From IMG/VR virus record IMGVR_UViG_3300036944_001324, positions 186,001 through 250,000 of that record: a stretch of 64,000 bases of DNA; one strand, written 5' to 3'. Every line of letters begins with the position of its first letter. Within the stretch, counting starts at the first letter, position 1. A program made the translations under genes and the position numbers. This document shows, in pieces, positions 1 to 8,406 of this stretch. Under the pieces are notes generated by a model, which saw only the letters and a list, made by a program, of their open reading frames with translations, did not search any database and had not been told where the DNA came from.

Positions 1-2
1 CA

Positions 3-551
3 AAGTACTTCTACATCAAGGACAATGACACTTCCACCAAGAAAGTAACCGGTAGTCTTCACGACTACTACGTGAACAACGGCGGGAGCGATTTGCTTCT
101 TACGTGGTCGTTGTCTGTTGGTGTGGTTGACGACCACACTACGTGGACACTCGCACTGTACGACCTCAGTAACGGTCTTCAGGTTATTCGATGCGATGCA
201 AAGTGTGTCACGGGTAAACCGGATAGTGATGCTCGTGTCATCCATCCCATCACTACTGACGACGACTTGGGTTACAACTTGATCGATGTCGAGATCTTTA
301 TTCGGCGTGTGGGTGTGCTCCTGAAAAACGGTCGCACAGTTATCGTCCGACGTAAAGATAAGACTGCGTTTACGCTCCACCCGTACGCTCTGGAAGCATT
401 GCCTTACGCTGGTGATAAGGGCGAAGTGACTGATGAACGCATCAAAGCCCAAACGTCCGCATGTTTCACTAACGTTATCGAAGTGGAGCTCAAGCAGAAA
501 CCTACCGATGAAAAACGCGGTTACCAGTTCTTGGCTGAACCGCAACGTTAA
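3..551 (+). CDS. hypothetical protein, 5'-partial
   Basis: Frame +3 is open from the window edge (KYFYIKDND...) into the tracked 72..551 ORF. Confidence 0.75.
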   Translation, partial: KYFYIKDNDTSTKKVTGSLHDYYVNNGGSDLLLTWSLSVGVVDDHTTWTLALYDLSNGLQVIRCDAKCVTGKPDSDARVIHPITTDDDLGYNLIDVEIFIRRVGVLLKNGRTVIVRRKDKTAFTLHPYALEALPYAGDKGEVTDERIKAQTSACFTNVIEVELKQKPTDEKRGYQFLAEPQR

Positions 552-562
552 AGGAAACCATC

Positions 563-829
563 ATGAAAAACTCGATCGACATCGTCGCCTTCATCAAGGC
601 GATCTTCGGTGAGAAGTTCACCGGTCACATCACTGTGCTGGTCGACAAGTACGGCACTGAGATCAAGACGGATAAGTACAAGTCTGACGTGTTTCGCGTC
701 ATTCTGCCTCACCGTGAAGTAGTCGTGTTAGTACAGGGTAAACCGATCCTCACACTGACTAGCGGTCACAACGATCTCACGTTCCACAAGAGCGTATGCG
801 TTGCCGTTACCGCTGTGACTACTGAGTAA
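563..829 (+). CDS. hypothetical protein
   Basis: ATG preceded by AAGGA; followed by a hairpin. Confidence 0.75.
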   Translation: MKNSIDIVAFIKAIFGEKFTGHITVLVDKYGTEIKTDKYKSDVFRVILPHREVVVLVQGKPILTLTSGHNDLTFHKSVCVAVTAVTTE

Positions 830-842
830 TTACCGTAACCAC

Positions 843-879
843 CATAAGCAAGGAGGGAAATCCCCTCCTTGCTCTTATG
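843..879 (+). terminator. hairpin flanked by CATAA/TTATG
   Basis: 11-bp stem agcaaggaggg/ccctccttgct. Confidence 0.65.
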
Positions 880-892
880 TCTGAAAGATAAA

Positions 893-1966
893 ATGAGCCA
901 ACAAGACAAACTCTTCCAAGTGCATTGCTTTGTTCAGCACATGGCAAACTTGACCATGGTCGGTTATACGAACGAAGAACGTATCGCGAAGTTACGTTTT
1001 AACTGGGGGTCAGGCGTTATTCGTGCGCTGTATCCCCCGCGCGTTTCAATCATCAAAGACATCAAACCGCGGGAAACCAAGACGTTTATCGAAACGTGGA
1101 AGATCGAAGACGAAGACTTTAACAAACGCCTTACGGAAGTGCTGTACGAGATTGGCGGCTGGCCAAAGTACGACATTTCTGGTGATTTGGTAGTAGATCC
1201 ACTCACTGAAAATGAAAAGGATCTCCTGTCGTGTTACTTGATGTCTTCACTCACATCAAGTAATGCGGAGATAACACTCCAGTACATCGAGGACATTGGG
1301 AAAATCATTAGCAAGACGCCTTTGACGTCTCAACAAATATCCAGCTATTGGGAAACTGGAATCCTCACTAGCGTCGCTGTGACTGTGTCCATCTTCAGCG
1401 ATAATCCATCGAAGCAGGTTGAAGATTTCGAAAAGAAATACAACATCAAAGCCGCTGCTATTGTTAGTCGTTTGGTTGAGATGATTACGAAACTCAATGG
1501 CTGGCCCGTGCGCGTCGATGGTAAGGTTACGGTGTTGAAATTGAGTCCGAAACAACGGCAAGTCTGTTACGAACATGCACGGCGATCGTCTACTATCATG
1601 TTCGATAAGATGATGGAGGGTCTCAACGAACTTTCGCAAACTGAAGTTCTGGACGATATCAGGGCAAACGATCTCTTGCTACGCAGTCGCCGAATTAGTA
1701 GCTGGATTTCAGACATCGGTGAAATGGAAATCCAGAAATACTTCGGTCCTGAAGTTCTGTTCGCAATTAAAGGGTATCAGCGTTCACTGGATGTGATGTA
1801 CAAAGTCATCGACGAAAGCAAAGATGGACCTGATCTCGAACTGATCAAACCCATCGTCAACAACGCGCGAAGTACGATGGCTACCGTCGTTAGTGTGGTG
1901 CTCAGTCGCCCTGCGTCCGCTGCTTTGAAAGTACGGATTAGTCAAGCGGCTGATCTTCTGCGATAA
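893..1966 (+). CDS. hypothetical protein
   Basis: Long ORF; ATG 893 preferred over TTG 869, which lies inside the upstream hairpin. Confidence 0.75.
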   Translation: MSQQDKLFQVHCFVQHMANLTMVGYTNEERIAKLRFNWGSGVIRALYPPRVSIIKDIKPRETKTFIETWKIEDEDFNKRLTEVLYEIGGWPKYDISGDLVVDPLTENEKDLLSCYLMSSLTSSNAEITLQYIEDIGKIISKTPLTSQQISSYWETGILTSVAVTVSIFSDNPSKQVEDFEKKYNIKAAAIVSRLVEMITKLNGWPVRVDGKVTVLKLSPKQRQVCYEHARRSSTIMFDKMMEGLNELSQTEVLDDIRANDLLLRSRRISSWISDIGEMEIQKYFGPEVLFAIKGYQRSLDVMYKVIDESKDGPDLELIKPIVNNARSTMATVVSVVLSRPASAALKVRISQAADLLR

Positions 1967-1967
1967 A

Positions 1968-2008
1968 TAAACGAGGGAAGGCCAAAAACCTTCCCTCGTT
2001 ATGTCGTC
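1968..2008 (+). terminator. hairpin followed by TTATGTCG
   Basis: 12-bp stem aacgagggaagg/ccttccctcgtt. Confidence 0.65.
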
Positions 2009-2038
2009 TTTTTGTTTTTGAAAAATAAGGACAGTCAA

Positions 2039-2260
2039 ATGGTAAAGCGTTACGATGATCAGACGCCTCAATATCGAGACAGAGATCCTCAACAAACGGC
2101 TGAGTTATCGCAGAAGTTCCGTGAAGAACGTATTAAGCGTATCTGCGCTCAGTACAGCTGCTCGCAAGAAGATGCTATTCGTTTCATCGACTTGCGTGAA
2201 GAAGGCTATTCTGTTTACGAAGCATCGGTAAAGGCAGGTCTTGCTGACCCGCACTTTTAG
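2039..2260 (+). CDS. small hypothetical protein
   Basis: ATG 2039 with upstream AAGGA. Confidence 0.65.
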   Translation: MVKRYDDQTPQYRDRDPQQTAELSQKFREERIKRICAQYSCSQEDAIRFIDLREEGYSVYEASVKAGLADPHF

Positions 2261-2482
2261 ACGACTTTGGACGCTACGAGACAATAGTGTCAGTTATGGT
2301 GGTGATTTATGGAGTACTAACAATACTCTGTAGCGTTGCCCTTTGGAAGACGTCTAGTCTGTATCCCTTCACCTCCAAATGAAGCGGGTGCTACATAAAA
2401 GGGATTATGCGTCTTACCCGAAGAAACCAACAACGCCTTATGAATCAATCATCATTTCAACCTCAAGGATAGATAACAGAAA

Positions 2483-4660
2483 ATGGCTGCCTCTATCAAG
2501 CTGACTGTAGCGTCCCACCACTACAAAGTCGAGCCACGAACTCAGGAAGCAAAGGAAATGCTTTTTGAGTTCACTCGCCGTTTCTTGAAAGTGGACTTTC
2601 AAGGTAACGTTAGATCTATTACCACGTTCGCGGCTGCTAACAAATCGCGGTCGTGGTTCAGATTTCACATCAACAGTCTCACTGAGTTTTACATGTTTGC
2701 GAGAAATCGCAACTACCTGAAAGAACAGATGGAGATTGTGGTTCGGCCTTACATCGAACTAGCCAAGGTCGACCTTCCTGTAAAAGAACACTGGGAGGTT
2801 CGTGTTGATCAAGTACCGATTGTCGACTACCTGACCAAACCCATCGCTGTTGACGAACCCAAAGCCAAGCTAGTGGGACTTCAGACAGGCGGCGGTAAAG
2901 CGATACCGAACGATACGCTCGTTAAAACACCTGATGGTTGGGTGGCTAACAAGGACCTCAAGGTAGGTGATACCATCGTTGCATGGGACGGCACGCACTC
3001 CAAAGTCACTGGTTTGTTCCCTCAGGGTCTGGTTGAAGTCTGCACTATGCGCTTTGACGATGGGCGAGAGCGCGTGTGCTCTTGGGATCACCTCTGGCGC
3101 GTTTACGTTAGCGAGTGTCCTATTCCTCAGGTATTGACGTCCAGGCAAATGGAAAGCCTTCTCTACAGCGGTAAAGGCCTGCGCATCGACTTGCACCTTG
3201 CCGCTACAGAAGAAGACAAAGCCGCTTTCGCAGAAGCCATCAAGGGTAAAGAAGACCCTCACTTGAGCTATCGTTATACCTTGAGACCCAAGTCTCAAGA
3301 AGAGCTGGAACGTCTGACCAAACTAGCCTGGGCTTGTGGCGCCAGAGCTAGCAGTGTCAAGCTTACTGACGAGAAGTTCTTGCTCTACGTTTTCACGAAC
3401 GATGACAGCTTCGCAGCCCGGACTATGTCTGTTGTTGCGATACGCCGCGGTGGTGGATCTAGGGAGATGCAGTGTATCTCCATCGATCATCCTGATCGAC
3501 TCTTCATCATCGAAGACTACATCGTCACTCACAACACGTTCACCGCCATCAAGTCGATCAGTGACATCGGGCACAAAGTAGCTGTCGTGCTCAAGCCAAA
3601 GTACATCGATAAATGGGTGGATGACTTCACCGATGAAACCAAGGGTATTTTGGACATCAGTGAAAAAGAGATCATGACGATCCAAGGTAGCGCAGAGCTC
3701 ATGGCTCTGACTAAACTGGTCGAGATCCCTGGGGCTTTGGACAAGTACAAGATCTTCATCTTCTCTAACCGAACGTTCGACAACTACCTCAAAGCTTACG
3801 AGTTGCTGGGCTCTGACATCACCGCCATGGGTTACATGGTCGAGCCTGACTACCTGTTCGAGCGCATGGGTGTGGGTATTCGCTTGATTGATGAGGTGCA
3901 TGAAGAGTTTCACGCCAACTTCCGGCAGGACTTGTACACACACGTTCACATGTCGATCAGCTTGTCTGCAACGCTGATATCGCGTGATCCTACGCTGATG
4001 CGGATGTATGAGACGGCTTATCCACAGGCAACGCGTTACAAAGCACCGCCTTTGGAGAGGTACACAACGAGTTACGGGGTGTATTACAACTCCAATCCGA
4101 ACTACCGCTTGAAAACTTCCGAGCGAGGTCAGTCCTCCTACAGCCACACGGCTTACGAGAGCTGTATCATGAACAATAAAACGTTCATGAAAGGCTACGG
4201 TGATATGATCAAACACTACCTTGATAAAGGGTTTGTTCAGAACTATGAACCTGGGCACAAAGCTATCGTGTTTGCGGCGACCATCGACATGTGTACCCGG
4301 CTTAAGGATCACTTGTCGGATGCTTACCCGCAGTTCTCTGTGCGGCGCTTTGTAACAGGCGATGATTACCATGCTGACTACCAAGCTCCCGATATTCGTG
4401 TAACGACAATCGGCAAGGGTGGTACGGGTTTGGACATCAAGAACCTCACAGATGCACACATGACTAACGCCTTGGATTCCATTCAGCAAAACATCCAAGC
4501 GTTCGGTCGTCTTCGCAACCTCCTTCCCAAAGAGACAAGGTTCTTTTGGTATACCAATCGACGTGTCCCTAAACACGTCAAGTACCATGCGAAGAAGATG
4601 CAATTGATGAAGGAAAGAGCGCTTAGCGTGTCCAACATCGACTACATGCCACAACTATAG
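2483..4660 (+). CDS. SF2 (DExH-box) DNA/RNA helicase, intein-containing; phiKZ gp75-like
   Basis: Walker A QTGGGK|T split by an intein; motif II LIDEVHE; motif III SLSAT; motif VI QAFGRLR. Position upstream of the RNAP beta' gene matches phiKZ-like synteny as I recall it. Confidence 0.9.
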   Translation: MAASIKLTVASHHYKVEPRTQEAKEMLFEFTRRFLKVDFQGNVRSITTFAAANKSRSWFRFHINSLTEFYMFARNRNYLKEQMEIVVRPYIELAKVDLPVKEHWEVRVDQVPIVDYLTKPIAVDEPKAKLVGLQTGGGKAIPNDTLVKTPDGWVANKDLKVGDTIVAWDGTHSKVTGLFPQGLVEVCTMRFDDGRERVCSWDHLWRVYVSECPIPQVLTSRQMESLLYSGKGLRIDLHLAATEEDKAAFAEAIKGKEDPHLSYRYTLRPKSQEELERLTKLAWACGARASSVKLTDEKFLLYVFTNDDSFAARTMSVVAIRRGGGSREMQCISIDHPDRLFIIEDYIVTHNTFTAIKSISDIGHKVAVVLKPKYIDKWVDDFTDETKGILDISEKEIMTIQGSAELMALTKLVEIPGALDKYKIFIFSNRTFDNYLKAYELLGSDITAMGYMVEPDYLFERMGVGIRLIDEVHEEFHANFRQDLYTHVHMSISLSATLISRDPTLMRMYETAYPQATRYKAPPLERYTTSYGVYYNSNPNYRLKTSERGQSSYSHTAYESCIMNNKTFMKGYGDMIKHYLDKGFVQNYEPGHKAIVFAATIDMCTRLKDHLSDAYPQFSVRRFVTGDDYHADYQAPDIRVTTIGKGGTGLDIKNLTDAHMTNALDSIQQNIQAFGRLRNLLPKETRFFWYTNRRVPKHVKYHAKKMQLMKERALSVSNIDYMPQL
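2900..3535 (+). mobile_element. class 3 intein (212 aa) with a degenerate homing-endonuclease remnant
   Basis: Starts AIPNDTLVKTPDGW (Ala1). Block B HLW, block F MQCISID, block G IVTHN followed by +1 Thr give the Trp-Cys-Thr triplet of class 3 inteins. Confidence 0.9.
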
Positions 4661-4717
4661 CACCACAATGCTTCTGTAAGGCATTTTAAGGGCCCTAGAA
4701 GGCCCTAAAATAACATA

Positions 4718-4790
4718 CGGCATAAATGCCCCACCCTATCAACCAAAGGCCCTTAAAAAGGCTTCTGGCGATAGGGTGGGGTATATGCTG
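4718..4790. terminator. bidirectional hairpin between convergent genes
   Basis: gccccaccctatc ... gatagggtggggt, flanked by cggcataaa and tatgctg. Confidence 0.7.
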
Positions 4791-4797
4791 TCTGTTT

Positions 4798-5262
4798 TTA
4801 TTTTGGTCTCGGTAGCTGGATACTGAGGCCATTCTTTCCAAGACCGGCATTTCTCAAGCTGGTTTGCTCATCTTGGAACCGCTCGATCTTTCGAGCTTCA
4901 CTGATCACCAACATGAACTCTCGCATCTCTCGGGGGAGATTCAAGAATTGTTCGACGCTAAGACCAGGATAGAACTCAGCCATGGAACTCTTGGTGTAGA
5001 GATCCAGGGCTGCAAAGAGTGGACCATTTCGACCGTACTCTTCCAGAGGACTCACCGCAATAGAAGACAACGGACGCATGACCATCGCGTTGCCTGCAGT
5101 CTGTAGACCGTAGTAAAGGTCAAAAAGCATATCCACAGCCACTCTCGTGGAATCTTCGTCATCGAACTTGGGCAGAGTGCGAAACGCATGTTCTACGAAA
5201 GCGTAGTCATCGATCGTTTTGCCATCTGCCTTGTACCGGATGCCAAAGTTGGGAGCGGCCAC
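4798..5262 (-). CDS. tail assembly chaperone-like downstream ORF (T4 gp51/lambda T-like); probably expressed as a -1 frameshift extension of 5271..6860
   Basis: C-terminal SVEQFLNLPREMREFML resembles chaperone T-type tails. GTG start has a weak RBS, and the frame is open back to a slippery site at 5316-5322. Confidence 0.6.
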   Translation of the reverse strand: MAAPNFGIRYKADGKTIDDYAFVEHAFRTLPKFDDEDSTRVAVDMLFDLYYGLQTAGNAMVMRPLSSIAVSPLEEYGRNGPLFAALDLYTKSSMAEFYPGLSVEQFLNLPREMREFMLVISEARKIERFQDEQTSLRNAGLGKNGLSIQLPRPK

Positions 5263-5270
5263 GTGGTTGC

Positions 5271-6860
5271 TTAACCCCGTTTTCGGATCAACGCAACTTT
5301 CTGGAAGAGGAGGGCGAAAAAAGTAGAGATGGCCTCCACCGGAATGATGGCGGGTGCATCTTCGTCGTCGCCGGCGCCTTCGGTCTGGTGTTGAACACCG
5401 TTGCAGTTGGGGCAGCGATAGTTCGGGATACCGATCACACTGATCAGCGTGGAGTTGCTAAAGTCAACCACACCTTGTTCGAACTGCTCGCGCAGGTCGT
5501 CGTTGGCAGATACCACCAACTCGAAGATGTCTTCCAGGCCGTCTTGGGTGTTCACGATGTCACCATCGATGATCACTTCCTTGACCCATTGCAGGTATTG
5601 GCGGGATGTGCTGACCTTGGCCAGGTCTTGCATGTAGCTGTTGCGCTTTTCGAGGTCCGCGTCCACACCCAAAGCTTCCACAACCGCCGAGGAGATGCCG
5701 GTAACCCAGCGATCGCCGGTGTTCAGGAAGTCGTGCAGGGTCGGGACCTTGTACACCACAGTCATGCGTTGACCGGTGCGGTTGTCCACGAGAACACGCT
5801 GATGACCGAAGTTGGCTGCAAAGCCTGCTTGGTACTTCTCGATCTGTTCCATAGAAACAGAGCGGTTCTTTTTGTTGCTCATGAAAACCAGCTGTTCTTG
5901 CGACAGACGGTTTTGGTTCACGCGCAACATGCGGGCTACGTTGATGCGTTCTTCCACCACGTGGCGGCACTTGTCGGGCGAGTTAACGCACGAGCGGCGG
6001 TAGTTGAAGCCGTTGGGGTAGATGGCTGCTGCCAAAGCCCAGACGATCGTCATGATGTCATGAACAGAGATGACCTTGGTGAGATCGATCTTCTCGTCAG
6101 CGGTGCCGTTGTATTCGCACTCAGCCAGCAGCTCAGCGAACAACTCGGCCGTGTAGACCATGTGGTTGCTGAACGACATGCCGTAGGTCATGCGACCCAG
6201 GGTGATCTTGTTGGAGACGATCTGGCGAGCAAACTCGATCAACCGTGCGTCGCCAGGGGCCTTGACGGTGATCCAGACGCCGGAGTGCCACAGAGGGGCG
6301 CGAAAGAGCGTACCCATCTTGAAGTGACTGAGTGCAGTCAGAACAGCGCGTTCGCCGGAGAGGTTCTTGCCCTTGCCGCTTTCCAGAGCGAGCGAAGCAC
6401 CCGTGAGGGTAGCTCCGTTTTCAGCACGGGGAGCGTGCGTCCAGTTGGCGTTGTGGTCGTTCAGTGCCGGAATCACTTCTTCACCGCCGAGATAACCCAG
6501 ACGACGGCCACGCTGCAGAACATCAGCCCACAGCGAGTCTTCACCCTGCTTGAGGGTGCTCATCTTGTTGATGGCTTCGTCGATCGCCAGACCGAACGTA
6601 GAAGGCAACGGCACGACTTCAGCAGTGCCGTCGAAGTTGCTGGATGTTGCGTCCGGAACCTGCAAGACGTTCTGGCGTTTGGCCAGGAAGTAGCTCTGCA
6701 GTGGAATGCCTTCGTCTTCCTTGGGCTTTGCGGCTGCTTCGGTGGGGATTTCCACCGGGTCATTGTCAGGCTGAGCTGCAGCGGTATTGTCAGGAACTTG
6801 TTCCTGTTTGAGGTCTTCAGCGCCGATGATTTCGCGGTCGGGTTGTTCAGGAGTGGTCAT
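5271..6860 (-). CDS. T4 gp26-like baseplate-hub/tail assembly chaperone with Zn-ribbon motifs; phiKZ gp77-like
   Basis: ISVHDIMTIVWAL..IYPNGFNYRRSC..PDKC and IPNYRCPNC motifs; acidic N-terminus. Confidence 0.55.
   Translation of the reverse strand: MTTPEQPDREIIGAEDLKQEQVPDNTAAAQPDNDPVEIPTEAAAKPKEDEGIPLQSYFLAKRQNVLQVPDATSSNFDGTAEVVPLPSTFGLAIDEAINKMSTLKQGEDSLWADVLQRGRRLGYLGGEEVIPALNDHNANWTHAPRAENGATLTGASLALESGKGKNLSGERAVLTALSHFKMGTLFRAPLWHSGVWITVKAPGDARLIEFARQIVSNKITLGRMTYGMSFSNHMVYTAELFAELLAECEYNGTADEKIDLTKVISVHDIMTIVWALAAAIYPNGFNYRRSCVNSPDKCRHVVEERINVARMLRVNQNRLSQEQLVFMSNKKNRSVSMEQIEKYQAGFAANFGHQRVLVDNRTGQRMTVVYKVPTLHDFLNTGDRWVTGISSAVVEALGVDADLEKRNSYMQDLAKVSTSRQYLQWVKEVIIDGDIVNTQDGLEDIFELVVSANDDLREQFEQGVVDFSNSTLISVIGIPNYRCPNCNGVQHQTEGAGDDEDAPAIIPVEAISTFFALLFQKVALIRKRG
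5316..5337 (-). promoter_or_regulatory. putative -1 programmed frameshift signal: internal SD GGAGG, 10-nt spacer, T TTT TTC
   Basis: Minus strand reads GGTGGAGG-CCATCTCTAC-T TTT TTC with the heptamer in the zero frame. The -1 frame is stop-free into ORF 4798..5262. Confidence 0.7.
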
Positions 6861-6862
6861 GT

Positions 6863-7336
6863 TCAGACAGGGGCTGGGGTGGTTTCAGGGACTTCGGCTT
6901 TGCTGGCCAGTTCAGAGGACTTGCGTTCCACTTCCGCCATGATGGACAGCAGGTAGTGATACGTAGGGATCACGATGGCGTTGACCTGCATCTCGTGCTT
7001 GATGTACGCCTCGGACAACTCGATCACTTGCATGATGTCTTCTTCGGGCTTGAGCGCACCGGTGCGACCAGCGTGAGTTGCGTGGATCTTGTTCAGGTCT
7101 TCCATGAAAGCCTTGACGTCTTCGCCCAGGGTGCGGATGGCCGAGATGGTCTTTTGGCGTTCTGCTTGCGGGATGAACGAAGCGACGCCTTCGATCGAGA
7201 AGAACTTGCTGACCTGATCGGTGACCGTACCCAGCAACCCACGGTTGGTGACGTACAGTGCTTCGATGTCAGACCAGGAGGTGTCGTTTTTGCGTGCGGC
7301 GTCGCGGGCTTTGCGAGCAGCGCTTTTCTGGGTCAT
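6863..7336 (-). CDS. hypothetical helical protein
   Basis: ATG 7336 (MTQKSAARK) preceded by AAGAGG. Confidence 0.75.
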   Translation of the reverse strand: MTQKSAARKARDAARKNDTSWSDIEALYVTNRGLLGTVTDQVSKFFSIEGVASFIPQAERQKTISAIRTLGEDVKAFMEDLNKIHATHAGRTGALKPEEDIMQVIELSEAYIKHEMQVNAIVIPTYHYLLSIMAEVERKSSELASKAEVPETTPAPV

Positions 7337-7557
7337 AGTGGCCTCTTGAGAAGAAATAGATGATGATGGAGACAGGGTACTCCGCAGATGATGCGATCGA
7401 GCTGAAAACTTGACATGCGTACTGTATAAAACAACCCGCATATGGCTTTTACTAAAGATTCGTAATCCTTTGATTCTTAGAACCTCTCGTGGTGCTCTCT
7501 ATATGAGTGATTACCACCGCAATAAAAACTCCATACTTCTTTTCACAAGGAAAACGA

Positions 7558-8397
7558 ATGACTTCTGAAGTCGTTGATTATTTGAAACTGGTTGCGACAC
7601 CGGAGTACTGCGCGATAGCCGTGGAAACTCTGCGTGTTTTTAGCGACTTTAGCTATTCGGAGCACGAGCAAGAGCTCTTGAACTGCGCGATGGCGCCCGG
7701 GGTCTCCGAAGAGTCGTCGGTGATGCAAGACATTCATTTCACCATGGTGGAGCATTGTCGCAATCTGCTGAGCATGCACCACATCACGCTGGTGGAAGAC
7801 GCAACGCTGGAGTTGATGACTGGTATCTTGCGCGGTATCTACCAGATGCAAGCTTGGGAAGACAAAATGTCTATCAGTCGCATCCTGGAGCAAGATGCGG
7901 ATTGTGAAGAGATCTTTGCAGATCTGATTCATGAAGTGACTGGCATTTCCACAACGCTGGTGATTGACTCGCTGGTGGACTTTGACGACGCGTTCAACAA
8001 ACGCCTCGGACAGATCCTGCAAGGCACCCTTCCCGAAGACAACATCGAGGAAGAAGAAGTCAGTGAAGAACAACTCATTCGGCTTCGCAACTACCACTCG
8101 TTCGCGAACAGTGAAAAGCTGATCGGTTTGCGCCTTGTGCGTTTGGGCTACCGCATCGGTGCTCCGTTTGAGAACTACTACCGCAAAGTCAAGCGCCATT
8201 TCGATACGATGGCGCCTGAGATGTTTGCGCAAGAGATCATTGTGTTGCTGCTGCTCGGCCGCGATACGTGGACGTCTCCAGCCCAAGCCTTCAACGATCA
8301 CAAAGTCATGTTTGAACTGGAGCTGGATGTGGCGAGCCGGATCGATGTCTTGATCCGTGACCAGTGGAATCAGTTCCAGCGTTTCATCCCGTCTTAA
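7558..8397 (+). CDS. conserved jumbo-phage protein (phiKZ gp79-like by position)
   Basis: ATG 7558 preceded by AAGGA; directly upstream of the RNAP beta' gene. Confidence 0.6.
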   Translation: MTSEVVDYLKLVATPEYCAIAVETLRVFSDFSYSEHEQELLNCAMAPGVSEESSVMQDIHFTMVEHCRNLLSMHHITLVEDATLELMTGILRGIYQMQAWEDKMSISRILEQDADCEEIFADLIHEVTGISTTLVIDSLVDFDDAFNKRLGQILQGTLPEDNIEEEEVSEEQLIRLRNYHSFANSEKLIGLRLVRLGYRIGAPFENYYRKVKRHFDTMAPEMFAQEIIVLLLLGRDTWTSPAQAFNDHKVMFELELDVASRIDVLIRDQWNQFQRFIPS

Positions 8398-8406
8398 ACA
8401 GCCATC

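Noticed and set aside
2295-2470. Tiny ORFs (about 21-28 aa) in the gap before the helicase
   Set aside because: Too short to support without expression data, and no convincing RBS or motif.
5388-6956. 522-aa + strand ORF, and similar long antisense ORFs (3323..4654, 7543..8496, 9794..10645, 26538..27449)
   Set aside because: They are shadows of real genes on the opposite strand, produced by biased codon usage; they have no RBS, no motifs and unnatural composition.
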